DNA of 64,000 nucleotides. Source: Octopus vulgaris. Taxonomy: Eukaryota. A program made the translations under genes and the position numbers. This document shows positions 53,603 to 64,000 of the stretch, one piece after another; the stretch's first letter is position 1; each line of letters opens with the position of its first letter. The stretch spans positions 68,944,001 through 69,008,000 of the forward strand of contig OX597819.1 in the NCBI GenBank assembly GCA_951406725.2. The letters run 5' to 3'. The notes under the pieces are model-generated. The model was not told where the DNA came from. It made no database searches and saw only the letters and a list, made by a program, of their open reading frames with translations.

Positions 53603-54351
53603 CGTATATATACATATATATATATATATGTATATATTTATATATATATATGTGCATGCATGTATGTATGTATGTAGGTAGGTATATATGATTCTATGTA
53701 TATTTGTGAGCGCATATGTAGGTGTATATATATATGTGTATATGCCAATGGCGCGTGCATGATAACAAGCATACTAAAATATTAGTTTCCAAAGGTCATT
53801 CTCTCTCCACACTCTCCCTCTCGCTCTTTTGAAATTAACTGTATTTTATTGTTCACATATCTACATTTTTCTTCTGTGTTTCATGAAGCGACAGAAAATT
53901 GAATTGGAAAAGAGAAAAAAAACTTGAACGTAATAAAAGAGTGCTGACAAAAAAAAAATACTTTACATGGAGAAAGAATGAATAGAAACACATTCAACAA
54001 TTTGGATTTTGTCCATATTTTCCACAACGTGAGTTTCTTATCATTCAATACAAGTTTCACCGAAAATAACGAAATAACATTCCATGAACACTCCTGATCA
54101 TAAATAAATAATCGCAATGCCGGTAACTAATTTCACACCTATACAAAACATTTATCTACACAAAAGATGTAATCTCTCTGCCATTATCTATAACAATCCA
54201 CATTTGAAGGTTACTATATTAATGAAGAACTTAGGATGGTTTTAGGGTGTAAAACGATTACTTTTTTTCTCCGTATTTCTATCGGTTTTCTTTTCGCTTT
54301 ATTCTTATTCAAATGCTTCCATGTTTTTTCTTCGTTATTTTACTTTAACAA

Positions 54352-54499
<148 letters not shown>

Positions 54500-54913
54500 T
54501 GTATGTATGTATGTATGTATGTACATACATACGTATATATTTTTCTTTGCAGAATACATATTTACATGTATGCTGTACGTTACATTGTAAAATTATTGGC
54601 ATCCAACCATATTTGGAAACATTGAAAAACGTTATTAAAATTAATTATATTAATAATGTGAGACGTATTTTTCTTGAAAATAGACGTAAACATAAGCCTC
54701 TGTTAATATTCTTTGGTGCTTCAAAACTCCAGACGCCATAGTCCAACGAAATACATATGTGCACATATCTGAGCATTGTATACGCATCCACTTCCTCCTT
54801 TCCAAATAGATTTTAACCTAAATTGCACATCTAAATATATGTAGTTTCATCTATTCTGAGATCAAGTATTCTAATATATATATATATATATATAAACACC
54901 CACACACACACAC

Positions 54914-54945
<32 letters not shown>

Positions 54946-55094
54946 AGAAAGAGAGTGAGAGATACATATATGAGTATGTAAATTTAAAATGATAAGGCTG
55001 AAAAGTTGAATATTAATTTGATTAATATCAATTTAAAACCAGTGCTGTACAATATAGAAAAATGTGAAGATTCAGAACAATTCTATTACATATA

Positions 55095-56386
55095 CGAGGG
55101 GCGTTCAATAAGTAATGTCCCTGACCCACTTCCCATAGCAGTAGAGCAACGGAACTTGGCGCATTTATTAGTCTTTTCCTACATAGGAACCACCTAGAGT
55201 TACGCCTTTCTCCCATCGTTTGATGCAGCTCTGGAGACTGTTTTTGTAGAATACCCCAGCTTGGTCTTCCAACAACGACGTAACTTCAGAAATCAAGGCT
55301 GCATCATCTGGGAAACGCTTTCCTTTCAAAAACAACTTTATGGCTGTGAAGGGATGAAAATCAGAGGGTGCAAGGTCAAGAGAGTAGGGGGATGGGGGAG
55401 GAGTTCATAGCCGCACGCCTGTGCTTCTGATCTGGCGACACGCGAGTTGTGGACCGGAGCGTTGTCCTGCAGGAGGAGGATGCCTTTGCTGATCTTGCCA
55501 CGCCTCTTGATTTTGATAACTTCTCTTAATTTCCTCAAAAGTGAAGCATAATAGGCTCCTGTAATTGTGGTATCCTTTGCCAGGAAATCTGTCATCATTA
55601 CTCCGTCCTGGTCCCAGAAGATTGTGAGCATGATCTTGCCAGTGGAGGTCTGCACACTTGCCTTCTTTGGAGGAGGTGAGTCACGGTGCCTCCACTGCAT
55701 TGACTGGGCTTTGGTCTCTGGATCATAGTGATGGACCCAGGTTTCATCCTGTGTAATCAGTCTTTTGAAAAAGTTTGACTCATCTTCTTGGCACATCTCA
55801 AAATTCATCCTCGAGCACTCGACGCGTTCTTGCTTCTGGAAAGGTGTGAGCAACCTGGGAATCCATCTGGCAGACACCTTTTGCATATGCAAATAGTCAT
55901 GAATGATAGTTTCCACAGACCCGGTACTAACCTTGACCTCATGGACTATTTGGCGAATAGTTATGCGTCGATCTTCCAAAATGGCAGCCTCAACTTGACG
56001 GACAGATACCTCATCAATGGCAGAAGTGGGGCGACCAGATCTGGGAGCTCTTTCCACAGAGTTCCGACCATGTTTGAATTCACGATGCCAGCGTTTTACA
56101 AGGTCATATGATGGGGCATCATCACCATAAGTTACTTTAATTTCAGCAAAAGTCTCCCGTGATGTGCGTCCTTTCAAATACAAAAACCGGATCACTGTTC
56201 GACACTCAACAGGCTCCATTTCACACTTGACTCAGTTCAAACACCTGTAAATCAGAAACCACAATCAGTTCAGAGCTGTAAGTTGCCACTTAATATATAG
56301 AGATATCAATAATTACACATACAACATTTCAGCAAGATCAAGAAACTGCAAGTGGGCCAGAGGCATTACTAATTGAACGCCCCTCG
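55095..56386 (-). mobile_element. Full-length mariner transposon with TIRs and TA target duplication
   Basis: TA-CGAGGGGCGTTCAAT(A/T)AGTAATG at both ends in inverted orientation; 1292 bp. Confidence 0.95.
55195..56219 (-). pseudogene. Mariner DD34D transposase with a frameshift near the third Asp
   Basis: HTH, WIPRLL, TQDETWVH, LLQDNAPVH; YSLDLAPSDF lies in the shifted frame after PHPP. Confidence 0.9.
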
Positions 56387-56989
56387 TATATAAGAGGGAT
56401 GACCACTAATGGACATCCATTATGCTAGAAGGTTACCTCCTATGTTCTCAAGAAAATTTAGCAAACGCCAGAACGTACGCGTGCAAGATAAATGTAAAGA
56501 TACAAAATATACATATTAATCATAAACCAGTTTCGTTTTAACAACTTACGTAATCACTAAATTTAAATTTAAATAACAAGTTGTCCAACCGGCAAAATTC
56601 ACTGCACAGAATTATTTCGGTATTTTGGCGCGCTAAAACAAAAACTTATGAAATATAACCCCAAATGTAATTGGTAGAACTATATATATGTTCAATCTCA
56701 TGCAGACTCCTCGTATATAGTTCTACATATTATATTTTGCTATGACGATCACACTGACGAGTTGCGTACATCTACGCACTTATCTCTACGCACTACACTT
56801 ACGTGTATTTCACTCGTTGGTGATGTCCTATTCATCATGTGTATTGTTTTCATTTACTTAATAATAGAATGCGTCGTAGCCTTTGCCAACAATGCGTTTT
56901 TACAGATATATATATATATATATGTGTGTGTGTATCATGAAATTAAGTTGGGAATTACTGCATGCGTAAAAATATAAGGAAATGGATCT

Positions 56990-57475
56990 GAAGATGATGG
57001 AGTCTTAATTGCTTTCAATTATCTAAAAACATTTTCAAAAGTGAAGTGTGAGCTTTTAGACATTCTCTGTGGCGTTGAAGATTACTTTACAAGAATGTAT
57101 TCAAATCAAGTGGCAGAGTGTTTGACAATGATAAAAAAAGATTTGAGGCTTTGTGTATCTTCGGTGACGAGTCAAAAAATAGTTTACATAAAAACATTCA
57201 TATCAGGAAATAGAATTCGTTTTCTTTTTTTATAATGATAAGAAGAAAAAATATTTTCTTCTTATCATTATAAAAAAATTGTTAACTGATCTGAATGTTT
57301 TTTATGTAAACTATTTTTTGACACATCACAGAGGAAAGACAAAACTTCAAACCTTTTCTTATCATTGTCAGATACTGAATCCCTTGATTTGAGTACATTT
57401 TTGTAAACTGATTTTTGAAGCCAGAGAGGATACCTACAACGACTCACTTTACTATAATAGACTCCAGCATTTTCT
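56990..57475. repeat. Long fold-back centred at ~57252
   Basis: TTTTTTTATAATGATAAGAAGAAAA/TTTTCTTCTTATCATTATAAAAAAA; GTCAAAAAATAGTTTACATAAAAACATTCA/TGAATGTTTTTTATGTAAACTATTTTTTGAC. Confidence 0.85.
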
Positions 57476-57484
57476 GAATATTTT

Positions 57485-57522
<38 letters not shown>

Positions 57523-57610
57523 GTATGTGTGTGTGCGCGCGTGTGTGTGTATTGGAATCTTGGAACTGAATGGCTTTGATTTATTGTCAGGTGAATTTTG
57601 GCCAACCCTG

Positions 57611-57675
<65 letters not shown>

Positions 57676-57677
57676 GT

Positions 57678-58332
57678 ATAGGATATTTTCGCTTTGATAG
57701 GCAAATTTTTTTAATAATTTCCATGTAACTAAACACTTTTAAAGTTCGTTTAACTGGTAGAATGTGTTTATAAAACATCTCTTGGCTTTCTTGAGAAAAT
57801 TCTGTAGTTTGTAGATTTTGTAGATTCTTCAACTTCGGCAATTGAAACCAACTAATGACCTCTATTGCGGTGAAAACATTCTCTGCCGTAAACATTTCCT
57901 GACGGTGTTATATGAAAATGTCCCTCGTTTAAGAAACAGATTGGGTTTATTTACATTTCTGAAGAAAAAAGATACCCTTCCCCCCACCCCTAACCCTAAC
58001 CCTAACTCTAACCCTAACCCTAAAACAGATTGAAATGCAATAGATCGATACTAGGGTCATAATTATGGGTGACAATTTGATATGACACCGCCAGAAAATG
58101 TTGTTTACACTCTACTGCCGAAATCGTTTTCACCTCAATAGACGTCATTGATTGGTTCAAATTGCCGAAATTGAAGAAAATATCTTACAAGTATCTTACA
58201 AACTACAGAATTTTCTCAAGAAAGCCAAGAGAAAAAGATGTTTTATAAACACATTCTACAAGTATACGACGTTTAAAATGTGTTAGTTACATGTAAATCA
58301 TTTTAAAAATCTGCCGGTCAAAGCGAAAAGAT

Positions 58333-58336
<4 letters not shown>
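57678..58336. mobile_element. Non-autonomous DNA element with ~200-bp TIRs and internal (CCCTAA)n
   Basis: TAGGATATTTTCGCTTTGA/TCAAAGCGAAAAGATCCTA termini; telomere-like repeats 57987-58023. Confidence 0.8.
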
Positions 58337-58414
<78 letters not shown>

Positions 58415-58429
58415 CAGGGTTGGCCAAAA

Positions 58430-58573
58430 CAAGGAACTTATGTCAGCATCATGACGAACAAAAACTTTTAGATGACTGCCCACGCGGAGTCCATAGTCCA
58501 TTATCACTATGGACTCCGTGTGGGTAGTCATCTAAAAGTTTTTGTTCGTCATGCTGCTGACATAAGTTCCTTG
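58430..58573. repeat. Near-perfect palindrome, ~68-bp arms
   Basis: CAAGGAACTTATGTCAGCA...GGAGTCCATAGT / ACTATGGACTCC...TGCTGACATAAGTTCCTTG. Confidence 0.92.
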
Positions 58574-58702
58574 ATTTTCCTTATGAGAAGGCGGCATAAT
58601 GCACCCTTTATTCATTCGGAATTGAGAATATGCAGTCTTCGAAACTTATGTCGAGAATAAAGGAATTTTGTTAAATCGTCGTTCGTCTCCATTCTTTCAT
58701 TT

Positions 58703-58743
<41 letters not shown>

Positions 58744-58772
58744 TGCCTGTGTATCTGTTTATATCTCTCTTC

Positions 58773-58839
<67 letters not shown>

Positions 58840-58906
58840 TATATTTTTTTAGATATATTGCAGCGCAGACTTGAACGTGATTGGTTGGGGATTTTCATCA
58901 TGGTAA

Positions 58907-58959
58907 CACGTGCTGAGGAAGGTGAAGCTATAATGTCAGTCCAGAAATCGGCACACGTG
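58907..58959 (+). ncRNA. Decayed hammerhead-like motif
   Basis: CACGTG-CTGAGGA-(24 nt)-GAAA-TCGG-CA-CACGTG; U16.1 lost. Confidence 0.45.
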
Positions 58960-59264
58960 AGTCCAAGTACTTGAACATATGTTGAGAGATCGTCTTAGCC
59001 CGTTTGCCCGCTGGCGGTTGATTTCTGTAGTTATCATCGGTTCTTTTTTCGGTAATTTAAATAAGAGTTTTGACTATTGTTTCCAGCTGGTAGACATACT
59101 CAGTATGTCCTTGATTAATTTCAGTCCTTCAACTATTTAGTGCTTTTCTTGACCTGAATTCATGTAAGTATGTATATTATTGATTCCGCTATTATCTTTT
59201 TTATTTGTTCACTAGATAATAACAGAGTCAATAATATCTTTGCCGTGAGCGGTACATCATTTGT

Positions 59265-59670
59265 ACGACGTCAACTTTGCCCAAACGACCTTAACATTAG
59301 CTTCAAGGTTCATCCAAGACTGGGACCACGGACCATACGTCCCCTGCCCAATTCAAGATCACAACATATATGTACACTGCAACATAATTTCTTTTCCTCA
59401 ACAGGCCCTGCCCTATTTAACATTGTCCCGAAAGAGATCAAGGAGGAAAAGGATCCCATCAACTTTAAATGGAGTCAGGATAGATTCCTTCAAAGAATAC
59501 CAGATAAGCCACCCATAATTGGATTCAACTCACCCAACAAGAACTCACTACATGAACAAAACTTGACTTAAACAGGATTCGAATAATCCTATCAGGTGGT
59601 GCTATTAAGTTAGACATGGCCTGGACCAATCTTTGGTCGAAACATATCTAAGTTATCTAAGTTATCTAAG

Positions 59671-59672
<2 letters not shown>
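59265..59672 (+). mobile_element. CR1-type LINE 3' fragment with (ATCTAAGTT)3 tail
   Basis: FKVHPRLGPR...HNFFSSTGPALFN...DKPP matches the C-terminus of the LINE at 22600-22900. Confidence 0.88.
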
Positions 59673-59706
<34 letters not shown>

Positions 59707-60000
59707 TTATATGAATTAGAATAAGATCGTTATTTAAAATACCGATCATATCAAGTGGCCACCATGGGGATAAAAACCTTATAAGTAATAATTATCATTA
59801 AAAGACAAGAAGTATATCCCACTGAAGAGTCAGAATATATTTTTTGCAAAGCCAGATACCTAGATCTGGTATTATCCAATAATCTTTTGCTAGCTTATCT
59901 TTTTACCTTTCCACCTGGTGCAGTATGAATTATTTGATGTGGTTTTAGAGAAAAGTTTTAGTGTTATCTTTTAGGTACCCTTAATTATGTATATATGTAT

Positions 60001-60064
<64 letters not shown>

Positions 60065-61325
60065 CTGGATTTTACAGAAAAACAATAGAGGATGACAGGT
60101 ATATAAACATCAAACAGGTGTATTAGTTTAACGCTCGGGAAGATGAGAAAATATTTTACATTTCGAAACTACACTCTTCAAAGGAAAGGAAAACGATGAA
60201 ATAAACAGAGAGAATAAAAATAGCTTTAGGGGCTAGCGGTCAATCATGGCGGCTGGCTAGACAGATGTAGTTAGACACGAGAGCTAGGAAGAAGGGGGAA
60301 TAATAATGAATTGGTGAACCCAAAAAGAAGTGGAGCGTTTGTGTGTATGTGAGAGTGTGTAAGTATGTGCGTGTGGTAGGGGCTGATGACCTTGACGCGA
60401 TGATAGTCGTCAGCCATTTTGAATCTGAAATGCCTGACAACTAGCATCTCGCTTGAAACTCAAGAGTATCAACGAATTTGAATCAAAATCTTTTGATCCA
60501 TATATGTAACTTGCTATAAATTTCTCGAGTGCCCTTCGTTCGTTTGTCCACACAGTCGTATATAAAGATAAGGAGAGCATACAGAGAGAGAGAGAGAAAG
60601 AGAGAGAGGATAGCGTGTGTGTGTATATGTGTGTGTGACGGAGACATAAATAGTTACTCAAAGAGTAAAAGAGTTATCTAAAGAAGCAGAAATGCAAATA
60701 TAAAACGGAAAGCATACTTTGTTCATAAATTGGACGTTGGCTTTAGATTGTATGAATATTTAACAATAGGCTAAAGACCGCACGTTGCTACAGGCAAATA
60801 TATAATAATGTCCTTGTCGAGGAACGGAAAACAGCAACTAATGCCAAATAGAGAATTTTCAAAAATATAATAAAATATGTAATACTCAACGACTTCTTGA
60901 AAATTTTGGTCAATTACACTTAAAATTTTTGAGTGCTTCGGGAAGACGTTTGTTTCATTGCCAACGCTAACTGTTATAAAGAAAATGCGATGAAGGGTTG
61001 TTGATATACCGAGCTTTAAGACATACGTCCTGTTAGATGTGGTACTTGTGGTTTAGGATAAGATATTGACGTTGATGGTTGTAATAGTGGATTTTATTTT
61101 TTTGTAACGAACAAGAGAATTTACTTGTATTTCTCGTTGTTCAAAGTTGCTACTGTTTATGTTGCTGCCGGTGGTGGTAGTATTGGTGATGGTGATATAC
61201 TTTGTAGTGGTAAGGCTAGTGGGAGTGGTGGGTAACTGTTGCAGCCTAGGATCAGCTGAATTGTCAAAAAAACTAAAGATTTGTAGCATAAGTACACAAT
61301 ACAATTAAACTCAAATATATACATT

Positions 61326-61399
<74 letters not shown>

Positions 61400-61499
61400 A
61401 ATCTATCTATCTATCCATCTATCTATCTATCTATCTATCTATCTAACTAAGTATCTATATGTCTCCCTGTCTGTTTATCTATCTATCTATCTATCTATA

Positions 61500-61537
<38 letters not shown>

Positions 61538-61540
61538 CTC
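61326..61540. repeat. (TCTA)n microsatellite
   Basis: Direct observation. Confidence 0.95.
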
Positions 61541-61623
61541 ATATATATATTTTTTGTATATTATATTAATTAATTTTATTTCTATGTTTTAGTTTATGTT
61601 TTTCACTGTTTGATTTACCTCTA

Positions 61624-61663
<40 letters not shown>

Positions 61664-62012
61664 TGTGTGTATATGAAATTTTCATTATAGTGGTCATAAG
61701 TATACACATTCAGGCACAAATACCACATATAATATAATATGTTATATGTGGTATATATACCTGTGTGTGTGTATACCTACACATGTCCACTAAAATAACA
61801 GTTTTATACACACACACATAAACACTCACATACCTAGATATATATGCACACACATATATGCGTGTACGTACATATTGTGTGTGTGTGTATGTGTGTGTAT
61901 GCATGTATTTATATATGAATATAAGTACAAAACACGCACGCACGCCTGTATATTTGTATATAGCGTACGAGAGATTGATAGTAAAGGAGTCAGATATAAA
62001 GTACAAAGAACC

Positions 62013-62062
<50 letters not shown>

Positions 62063-62411
62063 ATAAACTGAAAGAGAAAATCTAGTGTTTATGTGATTTA
62101 GAGTGAAAAGAGTAAAAGAGATAATTGCTCTGTTACATTGTTGGCAGAAAAGCAAGGTTACATTGAGATTTGGCAGAATGTCAGAAACCAAATGTCAATC
62201 TTTATAGGAATCTCTTCATATCTTCAATTTTTTTTGTTGCCCTTTTTTTTATTTGGCTTTGCGTTTTTTTTAAATTCTTCAACAATGGAGAAAGAAGAAT
62301 TTTGTTGTCGTGAAGAAGGCGGTTGTGTCATGGTGGTTTCGCGTATATGTCCATTTATGCGCACATATTTGCATGCATGTATGTATGTAATTATGTATGT
62401 ATGTATGTATT

Positions 62412-62477
<66 letters not shown>

Positions 62478-64000
62478 CGTGTGTGCGTGTGTGTGTGTGT
62501 GTGCGTGTGCGTGTGTGTGTGTGAGAGAGAGAGAGAAAGCATTCATACATGGATACAGGCATGTATATCATTTTATATGTAGATATAATTACATGAGAAA
62601 CGTCTTAAGTTTTAAAAACTTTGACAACGACTTTGATTAGCTGTAATCTTTATAACTGTGATTTCTAAATAGGACCGCGTAATGTGCAACCCAACTTCAC
62701 ATGAGTTTTTTTGAAGCAGTTAATCACGTAGCGAAGTTTTCCAATAATTATTGGTAAAATTGTAAAGCTAGGGTCCAGATGGGATAATTCCAGATTCATC
62801 ACGACAACAGTATTCGATGCCCTCATATCTTAAAATAATTCTGCTTGTCATTGCGTTACTGAGCCCGTCCATAATGTAACGCTTTCATGTGATTAGAGAA
62901 AAAGAGGGAGAGTGGAAAATGGGGAGGGCGAAAAGAGGGAGAAAACGAGGGAGAGAGTAGAGGTCATGGCGTGAGGAAGAGGGAATGTAAATGTAACGCT
63001 TTCACGTGATTAGTTGAAAGGAAAGAGAGGATAAAGAAAAAAAGGGGAGGGCAAAGAGTATAAGGTGAAGTGTGGGACAGAAAGGGGGAGAGAGAAAAGA
63101 GAGATATAAAGACAGAGAGTGTAAAACAGAAAGAGAGGGAGAAGAGTTCAAAACGTGAGGTAGGGGGAAAGTAATATTTATTACGTGGTTAAAATAGTTA
63201 GTTGACGGTAGAAGAAGCGAATCAACAATATGATTTTAGCAGAGCGTTCTGACGGTGAGAAAGGCAGAAACACGGGAGAGAGAGGAGGAGAGTGAGAGGA
63301 GAAAGAGAGAGAGAAGGGTAGAGAGAGATGAAGATGAGGGTGGCTGTAGTGGTGTGGTTGTGGTGGTGGTGGTGATGCTGCTACTGGATATAGAAGTGGT
63401 AGTGGTGGATATAGAGGTGGCGGTGGTGGTGAGTGAATATTGAAAAGTTTTTTTTTTTGAAAATTGAACTCAGATTTTTTATACTACCTAACACTTAACG
63501 CATGTGCATAAGTGCAATTCCGTGAAATATTCACCCTTATTTACGCAGCAATATATGCAATTAAACTAAAGGTTGTATCATATGTACGGGATCTATTTTT
63601 GTTGTTGTTTATTGGAAAAATGGCCAACTAAAAGTGAATACTTATTTGATGAGTGCTGTGTATTTTGTCTATAAGAGTGTACATAAAATAAATAAACTGT
63701 ATATATAAAATGCATTATGTAATCATCGTATTCGAATTTCTCTCAATTTTCAAGGAATTACAGATGAGCCATTATCTTTCCACTGTGCAGGCTACGCTCT
63801 GAGTGTTTTATTTTATTATTTTTTTCTGATAAAATTTTCAGCTCTGCATCATTAACCAGATAGAAGATATGTCGTCTGGGGTTAAAAAATACGCAGTAGA
63901 GTCCGTTCGAACGGACAGCCATGCTGAAGTGGCTACGAGTATTACCTGTTAGTACAACTACTGCGTTCATTTCTTGGAGAGATTTTAGAACAAGTGTTTT

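Noticed and set aside
57987-58023. Interstitial telomere or chromosome fusion site
   Set aside because: Only about six units, one orientation, inside a TIR element
63842-64000. Plus-strand exon at the window end
   Set aside because: Plausible acceptor but no recognisable product; cannot be supported without the next window

Overview
AT-rich, microsatellite-dense animal DNA, very probably octopus/cephalopod (inferred from SINE types and repeat landscape). No host protein-coding gene can be recognised with confidence; almost all ORF-track entries are microsatellite, SINE or antisense artefacts. Recognisable content: about 10 copies of a tRNA-headed CORE-like SINE with an internal microsatellite, two other SINE families, a disrupted near-full CR1-type LINE ORF2 plus 3' fragments, RTE and R4/Dong LINE fragments, a near-intact mariner, other Tc1/mariner relics, MITEs and fold-back palindromes, and three Penelope-like elements (PLEs) with inverted terminal duplications. 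The main unannotated signal is a set of about 20 minimal hammerhead ribozyme (HHR) motifs, intact or decayed, from roughly ten sequence families. They lie in PLE 3' ends and in non-coding elements inserted into (TA)n: a 568-nt retrozyme-like unit in tandem plus inverted array (26013-27394), a 352-nt 1.3-mer (12437-12910), and a tRNA-headed Pol III SINE-like element ending in an HHR (51893-52880, 18445-18722). Several show core variants (U3-A8, A6U, U4C, extra A). All folds were read by eye; none has been tested.
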